DNA of 64,000 nt from an uncultured Muribaculaceae bacterium (GTDB lineage: Bacteria; Bacteroidota; Bacteroidia; Bacteroidales; Muribaculaceae). Below are positions 55,429 through 64,000 of the stretch, piece by piece (position 1 is the first letter of the stretch; each line of letters begins with the position of its first letter). The notes beneath the pieces are model-generated. The model was not told the DNA's origin, did no database searches, and was given only the letters and a program-made list of their open reading frames with translations. A program made the position numbers and the translations under genes. Location: positions 7,573 to 71,572 of the forward strand of contig CANQRV010000005.1 of assembly GCA_947626355.1 (NCBI GenBank). The letters run 5' to 3'.

Positions 55429-56325
55429 TTGACTCTTAACTCTTTAATAATAACCGGCATCGTGGCTATCCTGGCCCTCATCGGGGGCTGGAGGCTCCAT
55501 AACGCCGTGCGCGACTGGCGCATACGGCGCCGCGGACGCCGGGGGGAGAAGGAGGTGGCCGACGTGCTCCGCCGACTGCCGAGGCGCGAGGCGACGGTGG
55601 TCAACGACCTGCTCCTGCCCGTGCGTCAGGACGCAACGTCGCAGATCGACCATATCGTGGTGTCGCGCCGGGGCATATTCATCATCGAGACCAAATCGCA
55701 CAAAGGGCGCATCGTCGGGAGCGAGCACTCTCATTTCTGGCGCCAGGAACTCTGGAAGGAGTCACACTCCTTCTACAACCCTCTGATACAGAACGCCGGG
55801 CATATCAAGACACTCCGCAGACTGCTTCCCGACGCCTACCACGGACTGATGGTGTCGGTGGTGGTCTTCACCGATGCCGACGAAGTGGATATAGCCGCCG
55901 ACGACATAGTGACGCCCAGACGTCTGCTCCCCGACCGGCACCGTCGGCGCACCTTCGACCCCGAGCGGGAGGTGCGCGGTCACTGGTGGCGGCGCGGCAG
56001 GAGCGTGACGCTCGACCCCGCGCAATGGGTAATGCGCCTCCCGGCTCTTTACCCCCAGCTGCGCCGACTGCCCAAGGTGATCGGCCCCGACGAGGTGGAG
56101 GCGATCACGGAGGCCCTCTCTGAAGCAGACCTGCGGCGACGCGCCGACAGGCGCGACCACCGGCGTCAGGCCCGGGAGGCCGCCTCGCATGCCGATGACT
56201 GCATCAGGCAAGGGATATGCCCGCGCTGCGGTGCCCCGCTCGAACGGCGCCGGGGAGACTTCGGCCCTTTCCTGGGTTGCACCCGTTTCCCGGAATGCCG
56301 TTTCACATGCGGTGTGGCCCGTTAA
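55429..56325 (+). CDS. TM-NERD nuclease-domain protein with C-terminal topoisomerase-type C4 zinc ribbon
   Basis: GRRGEKEV, SQIDHIVVSRRGIFIIETKS (PD-(D/E)XK), NPLIQN; CPRCG...GPFLGCTRFPEC; TTG start uncertain. Confidence 0.85.
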   Translation: MTLNSLIITGIVAILALIGGWRLHNAVRDWRIRRRGRRGEKEVADVLRRLPRREATVVNDLLLPVRQDATSQIDHIVVSRRGIFIIETKSHKGRIVGSEHSHFWRQELWKESHSFYNPLIQNAGHIKTLRRLLPDAYHGLMVSVVVFTDADEVDIAADDIVTPRRLLPDRHRRRTFDPEREVRGHWWRRGRSVTLDPAQWVMRLPALYPQLRRLPKVIGPDEVEAITEALSEADLRRRADRRDHRRQAREAASHADDCIRQGICPRCGAPLERRRGDFGPFLGCTRFPECRFTCGVAR

Positions 56326-56406
56326 CTTTCTTTAATAGTCAGCGGTGAACCCAAGCCGACGCCGGGACGTATTACAGGTATCAGACACCCCCCAAAAAAG
56401 ACGACT

Positions 56407-56751
56407 ATGAGACATACCGCAATCATCCTTCTCTCCATGCTGCTCGGAGGCACCGCAGTTGTCTCGGCACGCACTGACTATCAGGTATGGCTGACCACCG
56501 ACGGAGCCGGCATCATGCTCAACAGCAGGTCTGACCCGTATGGATGGAACCATCACCGCACCTTCTTTGACTACGGCCCCGGCCCCAGGCATCCCAAGTA
56601 TAAGAAACACAATAAGAAAGCATACAAGAAATACAAGAAGATGCGCAAGGAGCAGGAGAAGGCGCGCCGCAAATACTACAAGAAGCACGGCCACCGCCAC
56701 GCTCCGCCGCCACCGCCGCCACCCCGCAGACATCACCATCACGATGACTGA
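56407..56751 (+). CDS. Small secreted His/Lys/Tyr/Pro-rich cationic protein
   Basis: Signal peptide to VSA; KYKKHNKKAYKKYKK...PPPPPPPRRHHHHDD; followed by a terminator. Confidence 0.7.
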   Translation: MRHTAIILLSMLLGGTAVVSARTDYQVWLTTDGAGIMLNSRSDPYGWNHHRTFFDYGPGPRHPKYKKHNKKAYKKYKKMRKEQEKARRKYYKKHGHRHAPPPPPPPRRHHHHDD

Positions 56752-56774
56752 CACGCCCCGGCGACAATCCCATC

Positions 56775-56809
56775 AGAAGAGGCTTCCATTTGCGAGGCCT
56801 CTTTTTTTT
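56775..56809 (+). terminator. Intrinsic terminator overlapping the glsA -33 box
   Basis: agaggc...gcctct stem followed by a T tract; TTTG 56789-56792, 20-nt spacer, TACTTTTG 56813-56820. Confidence 0.7.
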
Positions 56810-56881
56810 ATATACTTTTGCAATCCAGATACACGCTTATATAATATCCTTACAACTCAACATCTCATTCATCAGCTTATC

Positions 56882-57796
56882 ATGGACTATCAGAAAGTGA
56901 TCGACAGAATCCACGAGGAGGTGAAGCCCTACTGGGGACGCGGCAAGGCGGCCGACTACATTCCGGCGCTCGCCGAGGTGGATCCCCGGCAGCTCGGCAT
57001 CTCCGTGGCCACGCTCGGCGGCGACGTCTTCAACGCGGGCGACACGGGGGTGCCTTTCTCCATCCAGAGCATCTCGAAGGTATTCACCCTCGCCATGGTG
57101 GCGCGCCACCTCGGGGAAGACCTCTGGCACTCGGTGGGGCGCGAGCCTTCGGGCAACCCCTTCAACTCGCTGGTGCAGCTCGAATACGAGAAGGGATTTC
57201 CGCGCAACCCCTTCATCAACGCCGGCGCGCTGGTGGTGACCGACCGCCTCATCTCCCTCTATCCGAGGCCCAAGGAGGCCATTCTCGATTTCGTGAGGGC
57301 CCTCTGCGGCAACGATGACATCTACTACGACCACCGTGTGGCCCAGAGCGAGCGGGCCCACGCCGACCGCAATATGGCGCTGGCATATTTCATGAAGGAC
57401 TTCAGCAACATCCACAATGACGTGGAGACGCTCATCGACGTCTACTGCCACCAGTGCGCCATAGCCATGACCTGCCGCGACCTCGCCAATTCCTTCCTGG
57501 TCTTCGCCCACCGCGGCGTCAACCCCTTCAACCGGGAGAGGATCCTGACCGTGAGCCAGACCAAGCGCCTCGGCGCCGTTATGGCCACATGCGGCTTCTA
57601 CGACGAGAGCGGCGACTTCGCGTTCCGTGTCGGTCTTCCGGGCAAGAGCGGCGTGGGGGGCGGCATCGCCGCCTACATGCCCGGCAAGCTCTCGATCGCC
57701 GTATGGAGTCCGGAGCTCGACAGCTACGGCAATTCGCTGGCAGGCATCGAGGCCCTCGAGCGCTTCACCACCGACATCGGCTCCTCCATCTTCTGA
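56882..57796 (+). CDS. glsA: Glutaminase
   Basis: GKAADYIPALA, FSIQSISKVF (SxxK), GREPSGNPFN, NPFINAGA and PGKSGVGGG motifs. Confidence 0.96.
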   Translation: MDYQKVIDRIHEEVKPYWGRGKAADYIPALAEVDPRQLGISVATLGGDVFNAGDTGVPFSIQSISKVFTLAMVARHLGEDLWHSVGREPSGNPFNSLVQLEYEKGFPRNPFINAGALVVTDRLISLYPRPKEAILDFVRALCGNDDIYYDHRVAQSERAHADRNMALAYFMKDFSNIHNDVETLIDVYCHQCAIAMTCRDLANSFLVFAHRGVNPFNRERILTVSQTKRLGAVMATCGFYDESGDFAFRVGLPGKSGVGGGIAAYMPGKLSIAVWSPELDSYGNSLAGIEALERFTTDIGSSIF

Positions 57797-57807
57797 CCGC
57801 CGCCGTT

Positions 57808-57824
57808 GTTACATTTTCGTTAAA
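57808..57824 (+). promoter_or_regulatory. OmpR/PhoB-type 11-bp direct repeat upstream of the response regulator
   Basis: GTTACA-N5-GTTAAA; TAATTTTG -7 box at 57862-57869. Confidence 0.45.
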
Positions 57825-57894
57825 TCCGGGGCCGGAGGTGGCGGAGTCGGGATTTTTACGCTAATTTTGCGTCTCAGACAATACACCAGACATT

Positions 57895-58581
57895 ATGGCC
57901 CGCAAGATACTGATAGTAGACGACGAGGAGACCCTCTGCGAGACCCTGCGCTTCAATCTCGAGGCCGAAGGCTACGAGACCGCCACCGCCCACAGCGCGG
58001 AGGAGGCCCTGGCCCTCGGCCCCGGCGCTTTCGACCTCGTGCTCCTCGACGTGATGATGGAGGGGATAAGCGGCATCCAGATGGCCCGCATCATGAAGGC
58101 CAACCCGTCCACGGCCTCCGTGCCGGTGATCTTCTGCACGGCGAAAGACACGGAAAACGATATGGTGGAGGGGCTCGAGCTCGGCGCCGACGACTATATA
58201 GTGAAGCCCTTCTCCATGCGCAATGTGGTGGCGAGGGTCAGGAGCGTATTGCGCCGCTGCGACCGGGGCGTCCAGGGCGGCGAGCCGGAGGCGCCTCTGC
58301 GCCACGAGGGGCTGGAGCTCGATCCGGCGGGGAAGCGCTGCACCGTCGACGGCGCGGAGGTGAAGCTGCCGCGCAAGGAGTTCGAGATGCTGCGCCTGCT
58401 GATGTCGCACCCCGGCCAGATCTTCTCGCGCGAGGAGATCCTCGACGCGGTATGGCCGGATGAGGTGGTGGTGGCCGACCGGGTGGTCGACGTCAACATA
58501 GCGCGCATCAGGCGCAAAATCGGGAAATATGCGGCTACGATAGTGTCGCGTTCAGGATATGGCTATGCGTTCGCTCCATAA
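57895..58581 (+). CDS. OmpR/PhoB-family response regulator
   Basis: ILIVDDE, LLDVMM, GADDYIVKPF, LPRKEFEML and SRSGYGY motifs. Confidence 0.93.
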   Translation: MARKILIVDDEETLCETLRFNLEAEGYETATAHSAEEALALGPGAFDLVLLDVMMEGISGIQMARIMKANPSTASVPVIFCTAKDTENDMVEGLELGADDYIVKPFSMRNVVARVRSVLRRCDRGVQGGEPEAPLRHEGLELDPAGKRCTVDGAEVKLPRKEFEMLRLLMSHPGQIFSREEILDAVWPDEVVVADRVVDVNIARIRRKIGKYAATIVSRSGYGYAFAP

Positions 58582-60016
58582 GCCCACATATTCGCAGCGG
58601 CTGTTTGTCTGGCTGCTGGGCTATTCCCTGATAATCCTCGTGGGAATGGTGGCGTTTCAGTACAGCCGTGAGAAAGCGTTCAAGACGCGCGAGCTCGACG
58701 GCAAGCTGCAGATCGTCAACGCCTATATAGCCGGGGAGCTGGCCAGCGGCGTGAGCCCGCGCGACATCGACATCAGGCGCCTCAACACCTTCGGCGACCT
58801 GCGGGTGAGCATCATCGACAGCGTGGGGAGGGTGGTCTACGACACCTCGCTCGACACGCCGCCGGAGGGGAGCCATCTGGAACGCGAGGAGATACGCGAG
58901 GCTCTGGTCACCGGCTCGGGCTATGACGTGCGGCGCCACAGCGAGACCACAGGCGAGACCTATTTCTATTCGGCCCACCTCACGCCCGGCGGGATGGTGG
59001 TGCGCACGGCTGTGCCCTACTCCGCGCCCCTCGGCAAGCTGCTGGAGGCCGACTACGGCTTCCTGTGGGTGATGGGCATCATAATGGCGGTGATGTGTGT
59101 GGCCGGTTACGCCGCCACACGGCGCCTCGGGCAGAACGTGGAGCGGCTGAGCCGCTTCGCGAAGGCCGCGGAGCGCGGCGAGGGGATCGCGGAGGAGAGC
59201 TCGTTTCCCCACGACGAGCTCGGCTCCATCTCGAGCGACATCGTGAGGCTATACGTGAAGCTGCGCGGCGCCGTGGAGGAGCGCGACAGGCAGCACCGCG
59301 AGGCGATGCACCAGCAGCGGGAGAAAGAGCGCATCAAGAAGCAGCTCACCAACAACATCAACCACGAGCTGAAGACGCCGGTGGCGTCGGTGCAGGCGTG
59401 CCTTGAGACGATAGCGCAGCATCCTGAGATGGAGGCCTCGAAGCGCGAGGAGTTCGTGAGGCGCGCGCTGGCTGCCGTTGCCCGGCTCAACAGTCTATTA
59501 GGGGATGTGGCGTTGCTCACGCGGCTCGAGGACGCGCCGGGTGCGGTGGCGATGGAGCCGGTGGACCTCAGCGAGGTGGTGGCCGATATATGCGCCGACA
59601 AGGAGGCGGAAGCCACGGCAAAGGGTATGACGATCGCCGACCGGCTGCCCGCGGGCATAATGGTGGAGGGAAACGAGGGCCTCATCGCATCGGTTTTCTA
59701 CAATCTGCTGGCCAACGCCATCGCCTATTCGGGGGGCACACGCGTGGAGATCAGCAAGCTGCGAGGGGCTCCGGGGCTTGTGGTGGTTGAGGTGGCCGAC
59801 GACGGTGTCGGAGTGGCGGAGGAGCATCTCCCCCACCTCTTCGAGCGGTTCTACAGGATCGACAAGGGACGTTCGCGGGCACTCGGGGGCACCGGGCTGG
59901 GCCTGGCGATCGTGAAGAACGCGATGGCCGTGCATGGCGGCAAGGTATCAGTGGCGCGGCGCCCCGACGGCGGCCTCGCCTTCACCCTCACCTTCCGGAG
60001 TTTCACGGAAACGTAA
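58559..60016 (+). CDS. PhoR-like sensor histidine kinase
   Basis: Two TMs, HLEREEI periplasmic motif, HAMP, NHELKTPV, NAIAY, DDGVGV, ERFYRIDKGRSR and GGTGLGLAIVK. Confidence 0.92.
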   Translation: MAMRSLHKPTYSQRLFVWLLGYSLIILVGMVAFQYSREKAFKTRELDGKLQIVNAYIAGELASGVSPRDIDIRRLNTFGDLRVSIIDSVGRVVYDTSLDTPPEGSHLEREEIREALVTGSGYDVRRHSETTGETYFYSAHLTPGGMVVRTAVPYSAPLGKLLEADYGFLWVMGIIMAVMCVAGYAATRRLGQNVERLSRFAKAAERGEGIAEESSFPHDELGSISSDIVRLYVKLRGAVEERDRQHREAMHQQREKERIKKQLTNNINHELKTPVASVQACLETIAQHPEMEASKREEFVRRALAAVARLNSLLGDVALLTRLEDAPGAVAMEPVDLSEVVADICADKEAEATAKGMTIADRLPAGIMVEGNEGLIASVFYNLLANAIAYSGGTRVEISKLRGAPGLVVVEVADDGVGVAEEHLPHLFERFYRIDKGRSRALGGTGLGLAIVKNAMAVHGGKVSVARRPDGGLAFTLTFRSFTET

Positions 60017-60057
60017 GGTTATTGTAATATTTTTGAAACATCCATAGTCTAAATTTG
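60012..60057 (+). promoter_or_regulatory. Pho-box-like triple repeat in place of the -33 element, plus -7 box
   Basis: CGTAAG 60012, TGTAAT 60023, TGAAAC 60034 (11-bp period); TAAATTTG 60050-60057. Confidence 0.6.
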
Positions 60058-60081
60058 CATCGTGAAACGTTTTAGTCTTGT

Positions 60082-60128
60082 AAAGATCAAGACTAAAACC
60101 AAAGACAAAAGACTAAACGCTAAAGACT
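60082..60128 (+). repeat. Degenerate heptamer array (AAAGACT-like) in the 5' UTR of the phosphate transporter
   Basis: aaagatc aagacta aaacc aaagaca aaagact aaacgct aaagact ATG. Confidence 0.55.
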
Positions 60129-62411
60129 ATGGACCTTCTATTCTTATGCCTGGTGGTTTTCCTCTTCCTCCTCGCCGTGTTCGACCTCTCGGTAGGAGTG
60201 AGCAACGACGCCGTCAACTTCCTCAACTCCGCCATCGGCTCGAAAGCCGCCTCCTTCAAGCGGGTACTGATCGTGGCCTCCATCGGCGTCTTCATCGGCG
60301 CCGCCATGAGCAACGGAATGATGGACGTGGCGCGACACGGCATCTTCCGCCCGGAGAACTTCTCCTTCTACGACCTCATCTGCATCTTCATGGCGGTGAT
60401 GGTGACCGACATCATCCTCCTCGACATATTCAATACCCTCGGCATGCCTACCTCGACCACCGTCTCACTGGTGTTCGAGCTGCTCGGGGCTACTTTCGTA
60501 GTGGCGCTCATCAAGATGGCCGGCGGCCTCGACCTCGGCTTCAACGACCTGCTAAACACCGAGAAGGCGCTCTCGGTGATACTCGGCATCTTCCTCTCCG
60601 TGGCCATAGCCTTCGTCTTCGGCACGGTGGTGCAGGTGCTGACGCGCACCATATTCACCTTCAACTACCGGAGCCGGCTTAAATGGAAGATCGGCATCTT
60701 CGGCGGCCTCTGCGCTACGGCCATAATCTACTTCCTCATAATCAAGGGTGCGAAAGACCTCACCTTCATGACTCCGGAGGTGAAGGGATGGATCGCCGGC
60801 CACACATGGCTGATCATCGGGGGGAGCATGGCCTTCTTCACGGTGCTGATGCAGCTTCTCCACGTCCTCGGCGTCAACGTCCTGAAGACGGTGGTGCTCA
60901 TGGGCACCTTCGCGCTGGCCGTGGCCTTCGCCGGCAATGACTTAGTGAACTTCATCGGGGTGCCGCTGACGGGCCTCTCCTCCTATACCGACTACGCGGC
61001 CAACGGCGCCGGCGACGCCCACGGCTACCTCATGGGGTCGCTCAACGGGGCGGCCAACACGCCGGTATGGTTTCTCGTCGGCGCCGGCGTGGTGATGGTG
61101 GTGTCGCTGGCCACCTCCCCGAAGGCCCGCAACGTCACCAAGACGGAGATCGGTCTCGGCAGCGCCCAGAGCGGCGAGGAGATGTTCGGCTCGTCGCGTA
61201 TCGCCCGACGCCTCGTGAGGTGGAGCCTCTCGGCCATACAGTGGGTGGGCAGCGTGACGCCGCGCCGGGTGAGGCAGTGGTTTGACCGCCGCTTCGACAC
61301 CGGCCAGGCCATCATGGAGCCGGGCGCGGCCTTCGACCTGGTGAGGGCATCGGTCAATCTCGTGCTCGCCGGAGCGCTGATCGCCGCCGGCACCTCGATG
61401 AAACTGCCTCTCTCCACCACCTTCGTCACCTTCATGGTGGCCATGGGCACCTCGCTTGCCGACAAGGCATGGAGCCGCGAGAGCGCCGTCTTCCGCATCA
61501 CGGGAGTCATCTCGGTGATCGGCGGATGGTTCATCACCGCAGGAGCCGCCTTCATCGGCGCCGGTGTGATAGTGGCGCTGATGCATCTCGGCGGCCACTG
61601 GGTGATGATAGCGCTCGCCGCCCTGGTGGTGTTCCTCATCATCCGCAGCAACGTTCGCTTCCGCCGCCGCAAGGAGGAGGAGAAGGGCGACACCCTCTTC
61701 CAGAGCATCATCACCGAGGAACCGGGACGAGACGTATGGCCTGCCCTCTCCCTCTACATCGCCACCCACCAGAAGACTTTCCTCCAGACGGCCAGCGAGG
61801 CTTACTCGCTGATGACGCAGGCCTTCACTTCCGACAACGCCTCGACGCTCTCGAAGCTCGACAAGCGCCTGGCGATGGAGAAGAACGTATTGAAGAACAA
61901 CCGGCGCAAGGAGACGCTCTGCTTCCGGCAGCTCCCCCGCCAGGAGGCCATCACGAAAAACGCCTGGTTTCACCTCACCAACAACTGCTGCATGGGGATG
62001 CTCTACAACCTCAAGCGCATGACGGAGATATGCCGCGAGCATGTGGAGAACAATTTCCTGCCGCTGCCGCAGGAATATGCCTCGGAGCTTGAGAACGTAC
62101 GGGTGAAGGTGGAGATCCTCTTCAATGACGCGGCCAATCTCCTGGAGGCGGAAGACACCGGTGTGGCCAATATGCTGCGCCACCACTGCGACAATCTCAA
62201 GGACGACATCTCGCGTCTCTGCGGGGAGCTCTATGACAGGCGGCACGACGAGGACAGCCGCCTGATGACGGTGATCTACGTGTATCTCAACACCCTTCAG
62301 GAGACACAGGAGCTGGTGTCGGCATTGCGCAAATACATCCGCGCCGACATGAAGCTCCACGGGCTCCCCACGCGCGTCATCCCCCTGTCGGCCGAACCCG
62401 CCCTTGGCTGA
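60129..62411 (+). CDS. Inorganic phosphate transporter (PiT/PHO4 family) with a C-terminal cytoplasmic helical (PhoU-like) domain
   Basis: GVSNDAVNFL, GMPTSTT, AGNDLVNFIG and LPLSTT signatures; ~200-aa helical tail. Confidence 0.88.
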   Translation: MDLLFLCLVVFLFLLAVFDLSVGVSNDAVNFLNSAIGSKAASFKRVLIVASIGVFIGAAMSNGMMDVARHGIFRPENFSFYDLICIFMAVMVTDIILLDIFNTLGMPTSTTVSLVFELLGATFVVALIKMAGGLDLGFNDLLNTEKALSVILGIFLSVAIAFVFGTVVQVLTRTIFTFNYRSRLKWKIGIFGGLCATAIIYFLIIKGAKDLTFMTPEVKGWIAGHTWLIIGGSMAFFTVLMQLLHVLGVNVLKTVVLMGTFALAVAFAGNDLVNFIGVPLTGLSSYTDYAANGAGDAHGYLMGSLNGAANTPVWFLVGAGVVMVVSLATSPKARNVTKTEIGLGSAQSGEEMFGSSRIARRLVRWSLSAIQWVGSVTPRRVRQWFDRRFDTGQAIMEPGAAFDLVRASVNLVLAGALIAAGTSMKLPLSTTFVTFMVAMGTSLADKAWSRESAVFRITGVISVIGGWFITAGAAFIGAGVIVALMHLGGHWVMIALAALVVFLIIRSNVRFRRRKEEEKGDTLFQSIITEEPGRDVWPALSLYIATHQKTFLQTASEAYSLMTQAFTSDNASTLSKLDKRLAMEKNVLKNNRRKETLCFRQLPRQEAITKNAWFHLTNNCCMGMLYNLKRMTEICREHVENNFLPLPQEYASELENVRVKVEILFNDAANLLEAEDTGVANMLRHHCDNLKDDISRLCGELYDRRHDEDSRLMTVIYVYLNTLQETQELVSALRKYIRADMKLHGLPTRVIPLSAEPALG

Positions 62412-62421
62412 CAGCAGTCCA

Positions 62422-63891
62422 TTATCTTCTTCTGAAACGTCCGAACAGGTAGGCTGCGGCCTCCCGGAGTTCGGGCGTCTTCGTTATGGCGAGGATGCCG
62501 GCGTAGAAGAGGGCGCCGGCCGAGGCCACGACAAGGAGCGACAGCAGCGGGGAGAGGGGAAGCTCCAGCAGGAGCATACAGCCGGCGGTCATGGCTGCGG
62601 CGACGAGAGCAAAAGGCGCCATATCCGACATCGAGCTCCAGAAGCTGTAGCCGGTGGCCCGCGCCGTGATGACGCCAACCACCGCCACCGTGGCCACGGA
62701 AGCGAAGAGCTGTCCCCACACAAGCAATGTCATATCAAGCGCGAAGACCGTGGCGAGTATCGCCAGGGCTATGAAGCCGTCTTTCACCGCCTCCACCACC
62801 ATCAGCAGCCTGCCCCGGCCGAGAGCCAGCAGATAGTTGCCTGCCAGCGATATCATCACCACGAAGATGCCCCTCACCGCCAGAATCCGGAAGAGCGGGA
62901 TGGCCGCGTCCCATTTATGGCCGAAGAGCAGATGGAAGAGCGGAGCGGCGGCCACAGCAAGTCCTGCCATAGCCGGGAGCGTCACGAAAGCCGTGAAACG
63001 GTTGGCCTTCTTCATATAGCGGTGGAAATCGTCCGGCGAGTCCTGTACGCGGGCCAGCAGCGGCACGAACGAGGAGGTGAGCACCTGCGAGAGGGAGGCG
63101 CTCCCCATCTTGCTCCACTTGTCGGCCTGCGAGTATATGCCGAGCGACGAAAGACTGTAGAAGGCGCCGATCACGAATGAGTAGACATTGAGGAAGAGGG
63201 TATTGAGCATCGACGAGGAGAAGACGCTCAGGCCGAGGCGCCACATACCCTTGAGGGAGTCGATAGAGAAGGCACCCGGGCGCCAGTGACCCGTGACCCA
63301 CAGCCAGGCTGTCTTTACGGCGGCATTGGCCACCGACTGCCAGACGAGAGCCCAGGGACCGAAACCGCCGAGGGCGAGGCAGACGCCGAGCACACCCGAC
63401 ACCACGAGCGCCACTGTGTTGGCGATAGCGATCTGCCTGACGTCCATGCGCTTCATCAGCCGGTTGGTCTGCACGATCGAGAGGCCGTTGATGACGAAAG
63501 TGAGAAACATCACCTTCGAGAGGGGAATCAGGCGCTCGTCGCCTTGGAATATGGCGGCAATCGCCGGCGCCGACAGCCACAGCAGAAGGTAGACGGCCAC
63601 ACTGACGGCGAGGTTAAACCAGAAGACGGTGGAATAGTCGCGGTCGTCGGGGTTCTTCTTCTGGAGGAGCGCGGCGCCGAAGCCGCTGTCGACGAAGAGG
63701 ATGGCGAAAGCCTGGAAAACGACAAGTGCCCCTACGAGGCCGAAATCCTCTTTCGAGAGCACATTGGCGAGCACTATGCCGACGCCCGCGTATAGCAGCT
63801 GGCTCGCCACCCGGTCGATAGCGTTCCATTTAAGGGTACGGGCCGTGGCGAGCTTCAGGCCTCCCCCATCCGGAGAACCGGCGTCACTCAT
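62422..63891 (-). CDS. Wzx-type polysaccharide flippase (lipopolysaccharide biosynthesis protein)
   Basis: LSKEDFGLVG, DSGFGAALLQ, DYSTVFWFN and LGIYSQADKW motifs; ATG at 63891 overlaps the upstream stop. Confidence 0.88.
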   Translation of the reverse strand: MSDAGSPDGGGLKLATARTLKWNAIDRVASQLLYAGVGIVLANVLSKEDFGLVGALVVFQAFAILFVDSGFGAALLQKKNPDDRDYSTVFWFNLAVSVAVYLLLWLSAPAIAAIFQGDERLIPLSKVMFLTFVINGLSIVQTNRLMKRMDVRQIAIANTVALVVSGVLGVCLALGGFGPWALVWQSVANAAVKTAWLWVTGHWRPGAFSIDSLKGMWRLGLSVFSSSMLNTLFLNVYSFVIGAFYSLSSLGIYSQADKWSKMGSASLSQVLTSSFVPLLARVQDSPDDFHRYMKKANRFTAFVTLPAMAGLAVAAAPLFHLLFGHKWDAAIPLFRILAVRGIFVVMISLAGNYLLALGRGRLLMVVEAVKDGFIALAILATVFALDMTLLVWGQLFASVATVAVVGVITARATGYSFWSSMSDMAPFALVAAAMTAGCMLLLELPLSPLLSLLVVASAGALFYAGILAITKTPELREAAAYLFGRFRRR

Positions 63892-64000
63892 CGAGCTCAT
63901 CGCTCACGGCCTCGTCATCGGTGTCGGCGTCATCGGCGTCTTCATCCTCATCATGAGCAGCAGCCGGAGCATTGCCGTCGTCGACGGTGTATTCCGTCTC
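63884..64000 (-). CDS. Acidic C-terminal tail of an unidentified gene that starts beyond the window
   Basis: Minus frame ETEYTVDDGNAPAAAHDEDEDADDADTDDEAVSDELDE* ending at 63884. Confidence 0.6.
   Translation of the reverse strand, partial: ETEYTVDDGNAPAAAHDEDEDADDADTDDEAVSDELDE

Noticed and set aside
56540-56881. N-terminal extension of glutaminase
   Set aside because: Overlaps the small secreted gene, its terminator and the glsA promoter
1-64000. Many long overlapping or antisense ORFs (e.g. 6163-7641 minus, 14628-16121 plus, 16118-17560 plus, 41746-43425 minus, 60942-62360 minus)
   Set aside because: Shadow frames of GC-rich real genes; no family motifs, and they are fully explained by codon bias on the opposite strand

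Overview
High-GC Bacteroidales DNA, most likely Muribaculaceae-like gut Bacteroidota. The taxon is inferred from protein style, TAnnTTTG/TTTG promoters and T9SS genes, not from a marker gene. All family calls come from motif recognition; no database search was run. Contents in order: (1) the decaying end of a glycan-utilisation locus, with two deletion-fusion scars at about 850 and 1680, then a lone TonB receptor and a DUF418-GH30-GH105/GH154 unit; (2) a 15-gene, 14.4-kb minus-strand lysine-to-butyrate operon (atoD-kal-kce-kdd-kamA-kamB-kamC-kamD-kamE-atoA-crt-hbd-bcd-etfB-etfA) with one clear housekeeping promoter and no thiolase; (3) transporters and a divergent DUF6249 / ECF sigma / anti-sigma module with two matching ECF promoters (TGTAACCGCA-N13-CGTCAAA); (4) envelope and housekeeping genes (GH3-like amido synthetase, pldA, GT2, rdgB, porZ, trmB, mrp, GH13, leuS); (5) an accessory stretch between leuS and panB, framed by REP-like palindromes, holding two GH3 glucosidases and a TPR-TM-AraC regulator followed by a roughly 20-bp-periodic operator array, a 54-aa secreted micro-ORF and multiply deleted T9SS cargo genes; (6) panB, an AspT-type transporter, a NERD protein, a His/Lys-rich small secreted protein, glutaminase, a PhoB/PhoR-like pair with 11-bp-phased boxes, a PiT transporter and a Wzx flippase. 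No rRNA, tRNA, CRISPR array, transposase or integrase was seen. The strongest candidates for undescribed biology are the TPR-AraC/peptide module, the thiolase-less lysine-butyrate operon and the ECF/DUF6249 module.
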